Positions 36,694 to 50,700 of a stretch of DNA of 64,000 bases are shown in pieces; within the stretch, counting starts at the first letter, position 1; each line of letters starts with the position of its first letter. The notes beneath the pieces are model-generated. The model did not search any database. It was given only the letters and a program-made list of their open reading frames with translations, and had not been told where the DNA came from. The DNA is taken from assembly GCA_001643675.2 (NCBI GenBank), contig LSRY02000022.1, positions 806,001-870,000 on the forward strand, read 5' to 3'. The stretch is from Monocercomonoides exilis PA203 (Eukaryota; Protista; Preaxostyla). The translations under genes were made by a program, and so were the position numbers.

Positions 36694-37555
36694 CCTGCTG
36701 CTCTCGTTCGGCTTCCATAGCTTCTCCTTCCTGAGAAAGAGCGGGGTCTGTGACGAAAAAACTTCTGACCTGCTCCTCCTTTTGACGGCGCCTGAACTGG
36801 GCTGGCTGAACGGAAATCCCTTTTTTCCTTTTTTGCCTCAAGCACAGCTTCAAAACTCCTGAATCTCCTTCGCGCACTAGCCATATCAGTTTCTAGCACC
36901 GATTCTTTCAAGATCTGTTCCTGTCTCGATGTCAACATTTCAGCCGCTGCTTCTGCTCTCATTTTTTCCGCTGCTTTAAACACGAACTGCCCCTGAATTC
37001 TTGTATTTCTGGCCTCCGGGAAAGCTTTTGCCGTGAGGACAAGCGCATCTGAAGCTCTCTGTCGTGCGCTATCCTTGTTGGAATCCATTTCGGCCGAGCG
37101 AAATATTACGGCTTTGAAAGCTTGACATAGGCACATCTCCTGCTTATATTCTGCACTGTCAAGTGCATCGTCGAACCAGTTCTTGGATTTTGTAGCTGGA
37201 GGAGGCACTGGCGGTAACAAGGGGCTTAAATCGTGTAAGGAATATTCCTGCTGAATTCTTTCCACTGAAAGAGTATGAATCTGAATGTCGAGTAAAGATT
37301 TAACGGGATCCTGACCAAAAACTTCTTCAAAAACAGATACTTCCATTTCGTCCATGTTTTCTTCAACTTCTCGTTGCTCTTTTCTTTATCTGAATGCTGA
37401 GTTGAAGATTCTGTTGGCTGGTTGATAAACGGAGGAGAAAGGAGCTGTGACTGCGATTGGATGTTCATCTGGCTTTGCCTCCCACCTGGCAGTCTGGATG
37501 CTTCGGAAGACCAATTAAGTCCAGGAAATGTTGAGAACTGCGATAATTGCAACAT
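36657..37555 (-). pseudogene. gag-like ORF1 of element C (frameshifted)
   Basis: Homologous to the ORF1 of element A; located between the left ITR and RT. Confidence 0.75.
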
Positions 37556-39909
37556 TGATCCGATCGTGGCGATGAACCATTGATCGTGATCTCAAATAAA
37601 AGAGAAAGAATTGAATGGATGCTTTTCTTGAAAATCAAAGTGCTTTTGCACTTTTATTGAAGTTTTTTCCAAAATAATCATCAAAAACAAGTTTGATCAC
37701 AACATAAGTTGGAAATTTATATTAAAAGCATTGATTTTTTTCTTTTATTTTCGTGATAACAGGTTTCAAATGAAAATTGATGTGATAACGCGAGCAAAAT
37801 GGAGAGTTTTTGTCACTGCTGCATTACAGAAAATGTCACGTTTTTGATGGAACGAACAATGAACAGTTTTGAATCGAAATCACTAAATTTTCTCATTCAC
37901 ATTGTTCCTGCAGCTGTTCCACAAAAAACACGCAGTTACTAAGCGTCCACCAACAGAGTTTGGCACATGAGCAGCTTCACGGAATGTTTCTAATTTGTAT
38001 TTTGGATGAAAGGAGCGAAACGATAAGAAACGAGATGTTTTCATGAATATTCATGATTGTGTGACATTGTTCGAACTGCAGATTGTACATCACCAAAGAT
38101 AAATTCTGCTTCATGGATTTCATGAACTATTTTTTTTGGACAACAACCAATGCTGTATTTGAATTTTTTTTTTTTTTTACAAAACAATGCAGAACAGAAT
38201 CTCTCACAAACCACGAAGAGTGAGAAAACTTGGAGCATTGTTACATGATCAAGCGTATATCCGATATTTTCTCTTCGAAGCCTTTTCTGACTTGAGCCGA
38301 TGACGATTTTTTGGTTGCTTGCCACAATTTCTCCGTTGATTTGAACAGAGCGATTTGTTTGACTCCAAAAATGAGCGAAATGCAATAATTCGTATCATGG
38401 ATTGAATCTATGAAGCTTTTCGCAAGCATTTTTGCAGATTGAGTCTTGATGATTTTTCATTGATCCTTTTGAGTTATTCTCCGTTCCCTCCAGAGAAGCG
38501 TTGTTGGAGCCTCAGAACATGATTTTCGACCAAGCATAATATTGTCGTCCTCCAAAGAAATTCTACATGTTTCTCCGATATATTCATTGCTCAACCACCT
38601 ATTTCATCGGCAGTTGAGAAACTCTACCAAAGAAACGATATGAAAAGACAATGAGACTGCCATTTGCCATTCAATCAATGATGAATATCATTCACCTGCC
38701 TTCATTGGTTCTATTCAATTGCAGCATTTTTTGAAACATGAAGCCATCTTTAACAACAACTACATTTGTCTTCTCTGCTTCCCTCAAAAAAGTTCTTATA
38801 ACGAAAATGAAATTATTTCTTCGTTGTTTGTTCCAATCTCATATCAATGACAGATCAGAAGAAGGCGATTGAGGCAGAGAGATGAATGAAGAGTGTTATT
38901 CGCCAATTGTTTTCTTTATTGAGGAGGAAGCAGCCAAGCAATTTGGATGAAGAAATGAAGATGGGATGAAATACTCATTTGATATTTGCAATAGAAAGGG
39001 GAAAATGGGTGAAGAGACATTCAAATTGATGATGTTAAAAGATTTGTTTGTTTGTTTGTTTGTTTGATTAATTTTGTTATTCAACATATTTTATCTGTTG
39101 ATTTTTCAACAGAAAAGAAGAAATGCGCTATTTGCACGATATTTCTTTTCAACATGGCTATCTTTTATTACAAAGACAAGAAATGAATTCTTTAAGGAAA
39201 TAACAGGATTTGGCGACTGAGGTGCCATGGAGAATGAACAGATTGGGAGGCACTGGAGAAAGGAAAAAGAAGGCTCAAAGAGCAGCAAGGGAAATGAAAG
39301 AATGAATGAAGAACAATGAGAAAAATTCGATAGCAAAAATGAAGAAACAAAATGCGGATGGAAAGAGAGAGCACTTGTCATTCAGTGCGATTTATTCGGT
39401 GCAATTTTATCCACATTCACTTTCACACAGCATTGACTGAAAGTGTGCTGAGGGAGATGACTGGATGAATGGATGATGAGGGGAAGAGCAAAGAGAAAAG
39501 AGTGAAGAGGGAATGAACGAGATGCATTGCGCTGAAGGAACAGAGGAACGACTATTGAATGGATAGTTAACTTTGCTGATTCTTTTGGAAAGGAAACCAT
39601 ATTTAAGCGATTTAGTTACTGACACATGATTATTGATGAAGAGCGAAATGTGTTTAATAATGCTTGTCCTGGGATATGCAGCAGTGATATTCAATTAAGC
39701 ACTTCAATTTTTATCGTTTCCATCACTGTTTTTTGCTTTTTTTTGTCAAATCAATTTTTGTTCTTTATGTTCGTACACGTGCTTTTGGATGCATATAAAA
39801 GCCAGTTGTTTGTCAAATGGCACTTTCTTTTTGAAAAGTCGGAAAACTTTAATTGTGATCCCATAAAAGATCATATAATTATCCCAGAATAATATTATTT
39901 TTTAAAAAA

Positions 39910-42420
39910 ATGACGTTTTCAGATTTGTCTGAAAGCAGAAAGTCTCAACTGTGCAAGAGACTATTTGAATTTCTTCAACTTCATTCAAAGAATGAGGAAA
40001 CATCTTTCATTCTTCACTTTTTATATCATTCAAGAAATGGAAAAGAAATTCTTGAATTGCTTAACAACAAATTGAATGGTTATATCAATGTTTTTTTATT
40101 CAGTTTCATTTTTTGTTTTCTCTACTTTTGATTGAATAGATAAAATGGAAAACACTCTTGTTTACGCTGGTTCATTGTACTATATATTAGACAAAAAGAA
40201 AAAAATACTTTTGTTACTAACATTTTTGAAATCATTTTCTTCAACAGAACTAATAAAAGCTGGCTGGAATTGTACAGCAAACAACATTTTACACGCTGAA
40301 CGAATGTTGAAAAGGCACAATTTTGAAATAACTCCTGCAAGCAAACCGAAGATTCCCAGCAGCAAAAAACGTTCGTTTTTTTTTTTTTCATTTCTCAAAA
40401 AAAGCTATATGGAAATATCAGCGTTGAGTTTATATGATTTTTATTTATGTGAATGGTGGTTAAGGAAGAACACAAGTGAAAGTTCCAAAGAACAAAACAT
40501 TCAAGAAACGAAAGTATTTAAAGATTTATCAGATGATGACTTTGAATTCTTAAACTCAAATCATCATTCAACAACAATTGATCAACAAACATCACCAGTT
40601 TTATTTAATTATGAAGATATTCAAACTCTTACAAATACACACTTCGTTTCAAAGTTCAAACTTATCAAAAAAAAAAAAAGAATTTATCTGAGCACACAAA
40701 ACAAAATTGTCTTGTTCATCAAGATCTACATTATTTTCATAAGGACAGTTTTGATAAAATTTCAAATAATCATTCAGGTATTCAACAAAAATCAAGATAT
40801 CAAGAATATACAACAAAAGAAAACAATCACAAACTTCGTTCAGATCTTATTCATCCCTTCAAACATAAACCATTCTGCTCTGTTCATTCTCAAACTTTAT
40901 CGTCACCATTTTCTCATTTTCAACTCACTCCAACAAGCATCCCATCAACGCCTCCTTCTTCTGCCTCATTTCCTTCGCTTCAGATCAATCCGGCATTCCC
41001 CACAGCAACGCAGCCTTCTTCTGCTTCTCTTTTTTCTAACAACAGTCATATTGATGAAATTATCAAAGAACCTGTTTCGTCATCACGCTTTTCAAGTTAT
41101 GCGATTGATGATTCTTCATTTAATGATATATATTTAACGAATTCCAACGATTGCATTTCCGAGTTATCAGATAAGTTTGTTTTCTAAAATACTAAAACAT
41201 AAATTAAATAAGTTTTTTTATTTCCTGATTCATTTATATAAATTGATTTCCAAAAAGAGAAATAGTTGTTTAAGAAAATAGAAAATTATTTGAAAAAGAA
41301 ATGTGGACAAACAATTCTTTTAAGAATACTGATGAAAGTCTCTGTAAATGGTTTAAAGGAGAAAATAGGATATTCTTTGGTTCAAAAGATGAATTATTCA
41401 GAAGAATGAAATATGAAATTGATGTAAAAATTTGTTGATCATTATTCTACAGACTGGTAGTTAACATTGAAAAGGCAAAAAGAAGAACCGATATGTGTAA
41501 TCTGTGTGTTAGAATTGAATTTTTGAAAAAAAAAGAAAACATAAAAATTATAACAAAATAAGAATTACAAGAAATCGAAACACTTAATATTCATTGCATA
41601 ATTCAAAAATTTCAGCGAAAGAAGTTTAATGAAGAAGTAGCGAATCTTCAAGAGAATGAATTTTTGGCTTTATTAGATTTTAAACAAAATTGGACTTTAC
41701 CTATGAAACAAACTCAAGAAAGCAGAGATTATTACACAAAAAAAGAAATATCACACCTCTGTGTAATCATTCATCATTTTAAGAAGAGTGGAAAATCGAA
41801 GACTTGCTTTCATTTCATCTCTGAAGTTTTGTCGAAAGATAGCCGGTTTGCTATCGATTGCTTGAAGGTTGCTCTTCAAAATATGCAATCAATAAATAGT
41901 AATTTTCATCTGAAAATGTAGGCAGACTGCAGCACACACTACAGAAACGGCTGCTTTCTACATTTTTTGCTTCATCCGTTTTCAACCCTTCACAAAACAT
42001 TTGAAACAACCTCGCTTTCCTTTTTCAGAGAAAATCACGGGAAAAGCGAGGTTGATGGGGAATTTGGAGTCTTTGCAAGAATAGCTCAAAGATCTCGCAA
42101 GGAAATCTCCACCCTCAAAGATTTGATAACTTTCTTTCAAAAAGCGTGCCCAAAAATTGAAAGAAAGGAGGATGAAAGATTGGAGAGATTCTTAATCGAT
42201 TACTCTCTCCGAATCAAGCAAAAGACAAGCTTGAAGCTTGTCGTGAAGGACATAAAAACTTATTTGTGTTGATCCACAAAAGCACAAATTGAAGAAACTC
42301 CTTTTTTCAATTCTTCCGTTAGTAGATGGAGAAAGACTCATTTGAAAGCGTTTTTCATTTGAACAAAAAACAATCAACAAGCCGTCAATACATTTGCAAA
42401 TAAGATGTTTTAACAGGATC
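39910..42420 (+). pseudogene. Decayed Sola-like (Sola2-type) DDD transposase
   Basis: RRTDMCNLC...H, LLDFKQN, *ADCSTHYRN (the TAG probably replaces Trp) and FFRENHGKSEVDGEFG match the Sola pattern DFxxN / WxD / HGKxxxDG. Multiple stops and frameshifts. Termini not found. Confidence 0.7.
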
Positions 42421-43951
42421 CTCAACAATTTCTTTATATAAAAGGAGATTAGAGAAGTTGAAAGTTATTGATAAAGAGAATGAAGAAAGAAGAATTATTT
42501 TTCCAAATCGGCTTTCAACTGAAAATATCGATGATAACGAAAATTACGATGAGACTGAAGATTCTGACATTGAGCCAATTCGCCCCAAAGTTCTCACTGA
42601 CCAAAAACAATTCAACGACAATGCAACAAAAGAAGTTATATCTATTGAAGATAAGGAAGATGTGGATGAAGGTGTGATTCAGGAGGAAAAAGTGATGGGA
42701 AAGAAAAAATTGAAACGAATGAAGAAATAAAAAGGAGAAGAGGGAGACAATGAAGAAGTGGAAGAGGAGGAAGAGCATTGACGTTTTCTGGGAGAGGAAG
42801 AAAAAATACGTTGCTCCACTACATATTTTGTGACAATGAGCATTCCAATGAGCTCATCCAGGTCTGCTGTGAATAAGTTGCTCTTTGACACGTTTTATTG
42901 ATCGACTGTCTTGCAGAAGAGTCTCGAAGGCTGTGCATTCACACACACTGCCAGCTTCTTCAGCACTGCTCTTATTGACAGCCGCTCATCCACACGAAAG
43001 ATGAGCAAGTTCACTTCCCTCTAACGCGCACGCTCATATAAATCGCAGAAAGTTGCTTTTTGCTTTTCTGAGCTGGTTTTTGCGATGAAATATTCTTGTG
43101 TGAATGATCAGCTGCTAATTCTTTGCTGCTTTCTTCCATTGATTTGTCGTCTTTTATTTTCTTCCATCTTCTCCTCCCTCTCCTTTGGTCGAATTTGAGG
43201 CTGTTCCCGCTGAAGTCATCGATATCAAAGTGATGCACCCACATGTTCAGCTGATGGTCTTCCGTTTCTTGCCATTCAAATGCTTTCGACTCTATCTTTT
43301 CATCTTCTTCTTCTCTATTTCTTTTTTTTTGTAATTTCATCTTTCTGCTCATCTTGTTTGATGATGGTCAATAAACTGTCTCCAGCCTTGCTTGAATTAT
43401 AATCCAACGAATGCATCTCTCTCTTCGTTAAATCTTGCTCCTTTTTTTCTAATTAACTGTTTGCTTCAGATTCATCTGCATTTTGATTGTCTTTCTCAAC
43501 ATTTCCATTGATGTTTTCTGCAATTTTCATTTTTTCATTGCCGTTATTTTTACTCCCATGCTTCCCATCTTCTCCCTCATCTTCTCCCTCATCTTCTCCC
43601 TCATCTTCTCCCTCATCCTCCATCTGACCTATCATCTCCTAATCATTCTGTCTATGTCTATGCTTATGTTCCCTTTCATTCACATCCCCATTCCCACTCT
43701 CATTCTCATTGTTCTTCTTCTGCTATCTGCTTCTTCCCCTCTCATTGCACGTCGTATTCTGCTGTGTGCTCCCTTTGTGTAAATACTGCTGTAACAGAAT
43801 GTCACCGCCCGGTGTGAGCACCGTGTTCTGTATCGACTCTCCTCAGCTGAGCTGCTGTTGCACCTTCCCATTGAAACGGAAAAGAAGCAGCTGATGAAGG
43901 AGGAGAATGGTGGATGGATCAAGTGAAGTGGAAGAAGAATGAGAGGAGGAA

Positions 43952-44401
43952 GTGAAGCAAGAAGAAGAAAAAGAAGAAGAAGCGATCTCCGCTGAGAAAG
44001 AAAACGAAGAATTTGAGTCTCTTCTGAATGCGATGCTTATTTTTGAGTTTGGAGCTGATGATACTTCTGAGTCAGATGCCATTTTTATTGCGATGGGCAT
44101 AGATCCGACTGCTGATACTGGTTTAGCTGCAGCCATAGCCATCAGCTTGGAAGAGGAGAGGGCAGACAGAGAGAGGAAGAGACAACAGAATGTACAAGAG
44201 CTGAGGGATGTGAGGAGGAGGAGGAGCAGATTGGAGAAGCAGAGAAATAAGAGGGAGGAGGAAGAAATAAATAGGAAAGCGGAGGAAGGCGACGGGAAAG
44301 AGAAGGAAATTGATGCAGAGGCGGAGGACGAGAAGGAGAGAGAGGAAGAGGAGGAGAGAAGAAAGAGAAAAAGAGCGAGAAAGGCTTTGAAAAGACGATA
44401 G
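43952..44401 (+). pseudogene. Fragment with a ubiquitin-interacting-motif-like segment followed by coiled coil
   Basis: GIDPTADTGLAAAIAISLEEE resembles the Rpn10-type GIDP..DPELA.A...S.EE UIM. Flanking frames are broken. Confidence 0.4.
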
Positions 44402-45457
44402 TCCGAGAATTGAAGGAGAGAAAGAATTTACAGCCTCTTCCGCCTTCAACAGGAACCACTTTCTATTCTGTTCTTCTTCTGCAAGATCCATTTCTCCTAA
44501 AGAACCGAAAGGCAGCAGTCGAAAGCTTTTTTACCAATCGATTCAGTTTGTGAAGTGATTCTGTTCAATACCTCATATGCTGTCTAAAGAGGAATAATGT
44601 AGTTGTTCTGCTGGAAGGCGGGAGAGAGGAGTGTTTGGAGCTGATTTCGAAGACAGAGACGCTAATGTTTCCGTGAGCTGTGATTGAAAGTGGAGTGAGG
44701 TGCAAACAAAACACGTGTTATGATGGGAATGCTGAATTGAGTTCAAATGCATTAACATGTTGGAGTTCATCATCATCTTCTTCTTCATCTTCTTCTTCCT
44801 CCACCTCTTCGCCACCTCCTCCTCTTCCTCATCATTGACAACGATGACGATCAGAGAGAGATTGAGAAGCTTCACATTCCCACCCTATCATGTGCTCCAC
44901 ACGTATTTCGACAATTTCGTTGAGAAAACCGAAGCAACTTCCCAAACACCACAGCCATCAAAGGCAGAAACAGCGAGCAGAGCAAAAACAATGCGAAACT
45001 GCAGAAGAAGACTTTGTTTGAGCAGCTGTTCTTGCTATCTCTTTCGCTCTCTTCTCGTCTCATTCCTTTTCAACACATACAGACTGTCCTCCACTTCAGG
45101 TTCTATCGCCATTTATTGCCATTTTCGGTACCTGTGAAAGGGCAAGGAAGTGATTCATCATCATCATCTTCTTCTTCCTCTTCGTATTCGTCTTCTTCTT
45201 TTTCTTCTTTATTATTCGTGTCTGTGCCTTTCATCTGTCAATTTGACACACAGCATATGCTTCTTTGAGAAAATCTATCTTTAACTGAGTTGTGGAATGA
45301 TAGCAGGAAAAATATTTTTCTGATAGGATGATCATGATTCTTTTTTTTTTTTTTGATAGATAATCGAAGAGGAATAAGTTATTGAAATATCATTTGGAGT
45401 TGAAGCTTCAATAATAATAGAAAGATGTATTAAATGATCATCAAACTGTAAGAAATT

Positions 45458-45596
45458 GAAGAAGAAGGAGAAGAAGAAGGAGGAGGAGGAGGAGAAGGAG
45501 AAGGAGAAGGAGGAGGAGGAGGAGGAGAAGAAGAAGAAGGAGAAGGAGGAGGAGGAGGAGAAGGAGAAGAAGAAGAAGAAGAAGTAGGAGAAGAAA
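45458..45596 (+). repeat. GAA/GGA purine triplet tract
   Basis: Directly visible. Confidence 0.9.
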
Positions 45597-48500
45597 GCGA
45601 ATGACCGTTTTTAATTACCGATTATGGCAGACAATGATGTCTCCACCGAAGCTGCAATGATGGACTTATTCAGTTTCTGGGCACGCTCTATCTTTACCAG
45701 AAACCTCCCTTTCGTAACTCACTCTTCTCCCATTACTTGATTCACGCTTATAGGTTGGTATCTACACATCCTACAAAATCGAGCAAGAAGTTGAAGATCA
45801 ATTTGAAGATGCATGTGAAAATAACCCTTCGTATCATGTTTTTCTGAAGAACGCTGATTGAGAAAAGCTGTTTTTGAAACTTCTCTTTTGTGGGGCAGAG
45901 GCGGTGCACGTGCAGATAGAGATTCAGCGAAGAAGCCATAATCCGTAGATGGAAAAGCATGTTGAGGCTTTTCAGCTAATCACGACGTGCGACCAGCTTG
46001 GTTATGCTGTACAAAAAAGAAATCATTTTGTCGAAAGTTGTGAAACATAAAAGCTATCTATCTTCATCAACTCTGCCGTGAAAGACACACTTTGAAAAAT
46101 GAATCACATTTCTTCAGTAGCATCTGGATTCTCTGCTTTTCCATCATAGAACCAATTGCCATCTCTTTTTTCTTTTTTTTCATGTAGCAACGTATTCAAT
46201 GGCTCGTTTGCTCTGTATCAAATAATCTTTATGATCTATTTTCTTTTGTATTTTTGTTACAAATCTTGAAGAAACCGAGCGATAATGAATATTTATAAAC
46301 AATTCGTAAATAAATATTATGAACAACAATCAGTAAAGAAAATCATTTTTTTTCACAGCATGCATGAAACTGATGATTGTTTAAGAAAATAACACGAATG
46401 ATTTTGATTAATTCAACATTTTGAAAAAAATAGATTGCAATTCACATTGTACCACCTCCTTATCTAATTAGGAATTAAATTGCAAACAAAAATATGTGTT
46501 CCGAATATACATGAAAAATAGTCAAAACAGCCCGCTGTTGCATCATGGATAGAAGAAAGGATGAAAAGTTCTCATAACATTTCCCTTTAGCATTTATAAT
46601 GAAAAATCTTATTCTGCTTTTTTCAAAAAAAAATCAAGATGTGAGAATCGTGTTATTTATATCGTTTGCACAGTAATGAAGCGTTGTCTTCAAATAATAT
46701 ATTATTAATAATATGAAAGAAAATAATTGTTGGAAGATCTCTGATTTTTCAAAAATAATTTTTGACATATAAGTTTTAAAACGTTAATCGCTCTTTATTT
46801 CGGAAAGTTGTCCAGATATTCAGGAATAATTAAGATTTATGACTTTTGATAAATATTTTCCTTTGTGTTTTATAATTTATCAGAAATCAATTGAAATTCT
46901 TTTCTTTTTGAAGAAACAATGCAAGAAAAGCACTCCTTTCGTACTATAATGGAGTTTACATTTGCAAATACAATTTAAAATGAACAAAATTCGAACTAAT
47001 CTCATAGCGATTCACTTCCCCCAACACAAAGTCAGATGTTTGCCAGATTGAAAAAAATTACCTATTTATCGAAGCTAGTGAAATGAATATAAACGGAATA
47101 CTCTGACATCTCTTCGTTTGTTGTAACAAATTCATTTTCGCGTTTTTATTTATTTGTTAAAATTTTCTTTCTTCTTTTTGAATGTATTATTGTTGTTCTC
47201 AAACAGAAATTGTTGAACAACAAAGACTGAAAAGAGGAGAATATATTGCGAAGAACATCTTGATGAAAAGTTCCTTATGCACATCTTCTTATACCAACCA
47301 GAGAATTCGAAGTTCAAATCAGATCCAGATTTGAATTCATTTTTGAGTTTGAATTTTCATAAAGCGCAATTCTTATATGTCAACAAAGAAATATTAAGGC
47401 TTTATTTTCTTATTTCTTTTTTGCCCATTCCAGTTCAATAGTTTTCAACTCCTAACCTTCCACAGGATCAGTGATGTTTTTTCAGGAAGAGCCGCAATAC
47501 GTAGCGTCCTCTGATCCTTCGCTTTCCCGTGAGCGTTCTAGAAACTACAAACAAGCTGTGCTGTCGGCCGTGGAGGTGTGGATTGGTATGTCGATCATGG
47601 AGCAGTCGTTAATGATATCCAGCAGAACTGATGTGGTTGTTGCGAAGCCCTGCCTTTTTATCTAGCTGATTGTACAAAGAAACGTATATTTGTGGAAGGT
47701 CCCAAGTGAGAGCAGCTCGAGTTAAAAGCATTCTTTTGCGGAAGAAGAAAAAAGCGGAAAAAGGAAATAAATAAAATGTTGTTATAGAAGTAATTGGTGG
47801 TACACAATTTGTTAAATTCGCTAAAGATGTGAACAATATTGTGGAATTCCAAAATTTGGATTCATTCGGATACTATATAAAGAAATAATTAGGAAAGATT
47901 CATTTTAAGCGAACATGGCAGAACATTCATACAATAATAAAAAAATGGACAATCAACACCTTTCCATGAGCACTCATTAACACTAACACCAATTCCGTTC
48001 AGACGTTCTTCTTCCCTTCCTCTCTTTATTCTTCAGTCCCAACTTCCAAATCCATAAACCTCTCCGTCGTGTGTTTTTCCAAGGAAATCCATCCATTCTC
48101 GAACTCATTACCTATGTTCGTTAACCGTCTGTGCAAACACATTCTTCACCAGAAGCTCAATTTGGTCTGTGTGAATCTCTAGGACTTGTGTTCATTAGTA
48201 TTTTTTACTGGCGATCCCTCTTTTTCCCAATGCTTCATATACATCAAAATAGAGATGAATGAAATGAAAAGATCGGACAGTTTTGAGATAATTTACAGTC
48301 TGTTCTTCATCTTTTCTTGATATAAATCTTTATCAAACGAGCTTTCCGTGTTCAAAGAGTTAAATTTTTTTAGAAGCCAGTCATTGCATTGTTGCATCGC
48401 ACAGACATAGAGAGAACAGACGATGCAGACATTTCCGATGGACAACATTGTGGTGCTGATTGCATTTGATGTGGCAGCGCGACGAATTGATATTCAGCAG

Positions 48501-48890
48501 GAAGATCTGATTACTGTGTAGCAGGTATCAACAGACACTGAGAACAGTATGTTTCTCTCGAGAAGAACAGGGAAGTGTGGACAAGGAGGATCATGCATTA
48601 TGTTTTCAACCAGACAGATTAATACCATCTGGTGATGGTAAAGGTGGAGTACTATTATTTTCGAGTGCATTTCGGCTCCGTCGGTAACGCAAATGGGGCA
48701 CAATATAGCACTTCAAGCATATTCATTGAAAAATTATGCACTTTTCATCGTTTTTTTGTGATTAAAAAATATGAATATAATGTGTTCAGTTTTTGAATAA
48801 TTATTGAGATCACAAAACTTATTGTTGTTGTATCTTTGATATCTTTTCTCATTAAAGAAAATAAAAATTTTTTTGAAATCTGGTCAAGTT

Positions 48891-48965
48891 AAAAACTGTT
48901 ATAAGTGAAACAATTTTTTCATGCTTTGTGCATAAAAAGCTTGAAAGTCCGTATTTTCCCCCAAA
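48891..48965. mobile_element. Fragment of the 10510-11080 MITE family
   Basis: TTTGTGCATAAAAAGCTTGAAAGT..TATTTTCCCCCA matches ~10815-10885. Confidence 0.65.
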
Positions 48966-50429
48966 TGATAAAGGCAACGGGAAGAGATGGGGCAAAGCTG
49001 ATTGTGTCTGGATCAGGTTCTCTGATGTCGTTCTTGAAATCTGTTGCGATGTTGCTGGTGATAAACAAGGAGGAGGTGATGAAGGATGTGTGAACTGTGT
49101 TGAATGAAAGTGAGAAGTTGAGTGAAGATGAAAAACTGAAGAAATAGAAGAATGAAAAGAAAAGAGAAAAAGAATAAGAATTGGAAAGATGAAAAGGATT
49201 AAACAAAATGCAGTGAGAAGAAAAATGAAATTGTTAATGGCAAAAAAAGAGCGGCCGTATATGCTGATTGCGCTATTTCTTTGCGTTGCACAAATAACAA
49301 GAGATCGAAACCAATACAAAAATAATTTCTAATTACAAATGCAACTGGTCTAACGATTAATTTTATTGATATGAAAGAGCGCCTGCCTTTGGTGAGACAG
49401 TGCTTCTCCTCGACAGATGCTGCTGCGTCAGTACTCAGACAAAAGAAGCCTTTCAAGGATTAATCTAACAATATGTTTGTTTTAACTTCAATAATTGATC
49501 TTATCGGAAATTGTTGATTTGGAGCAGCGCAAGAGTCTTTGTTCAGGTCTTCTATCAGCTGTTTTTAATACTTCCTCTGAAAACACAGAAGCATTTATCC
49601 GAACGTTTGACAATTGCAGCTGCATATTTCTTACGACTGTCACAGAGCAGTCAAAGCTGTGTGCCAGAGAAAAGGACTTTGCCACGAACTTGGGAAAAGG
49701 CATATATGGTGAATGATTTGGTAAAACCAAAGGGAGGAGTGGACAGAAGAGGGGGCTTCGGAAGCGGAAGCTGTTATGGAGGTTAAGGAATTAGTGGAGG
49801 AAGAAGTTCTAATTTTTGAAATGGATATTGAGGAGGGAGATCGATTGGCGGTTATTGCAGAAGCGGTTACAGTTAAGGAAGAGGAAATAAAAAAAGGATC
49901 AGTTTTTTGAGAATGATAATTAAGTCAATAAAGAGATCAGGAACTCAACTTTTTATTAGTTATTTTTCATTCGTTTTTTTGTTTTTAATTAACAAGAAGA
50001 TTTTTAACTGTATTTTTTTATTTGCTAAAACAAGAGCTATATTTTTTTTATCATTAGGCAAAGAGAATTTCAAACATGAAAACATGAAAACATGAAAACT
50101 GGAAACACCTCAAAATGAAAATCAGAATTCTGAACGGATAACAGAAGGAATAATGTGAAACACAACATGCGAAAACAAATAATGTGATATTTGAAAAAAG
50201 AAGAAATATGATGATGAGCAAAAACAAAAAGTGAATGTGAAACTCTGGGCTGTATCGAAGAATACATTAAAGTTGCTTTTGGAACGAAAAATTATTATCA
50301 CAAAATTTTTGATCACTTATAAGACAACAAACTTCATGTTCTATCCGAAGGATTTATAGCAATGCTTTGTTTGCCACACTCTGTTGTTTACAGGTTGTAA
50401 TTGACACGGAGGACTGTCAGAATAGCTTC

Positions 50430-50700
50430 TCATGTTTGAAAGTACTGGATAAACTCTTTCTTCAGGCACAAAAGAGTCGGCCTCACATTCCCTTCTGCCG
50501 ATAAGCATCCTTTCATAATATCCACAATCGAACTTCCTTTCGCTGTGGAGGAGCTGGGTCTCTTCCTGTTCGCTATCTTCTGCCCCGCCACCTCTGCCTC
50601 ATAATCACCAAACGGAATATGCAGCGTCAAACACTCAAACAGCTACATCCCAATCGAAAACACAACTGTTTATTTTGTTGCCCCCATCTTCTTGATCATC
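50430..50700 (-). pseudogene. Protein kinase C-lobe remnant
   Basis: VVFSIGM*LFECLTLHIPFG...IMKGCLS....RPTL (subdomains IX-XI) with in-frame stops. Confidence 0.65.

Larger units (their letters stand above)
32842..37658 (-). mobile_element. DIRS-type YR retrotransposon C, most complete copy (left ITR, gag, RT-RH-MT, YR, ICR, right ITR)
   Basis: Left ITR 37658-37552, right ITR 32920-32842, ICR 33178-33072. All coding domains are recognisable. Confidence 0.93.

Noticed and set aside
37700-38830. Possible hAT-like transposase relic (minus strand)
   Set aside because: Only a vague resemblance; catalytic motifs and termini are not identifiable.
41919-41921. In-frame TAG/TAA in transposon ORFs as evidence of a reassigned genetic code
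   Set aside because: This TAG occupies an expected Trp position, TGA stops and frameshifts also interrupt these ORFs, long host ORFs lack internal TAR, and the GTPase gene ends in TAA.
47900-48720. Cys/His-rich broken ORF (possible transposase remnant)
   Set aside because: Too degenerate to support a call.
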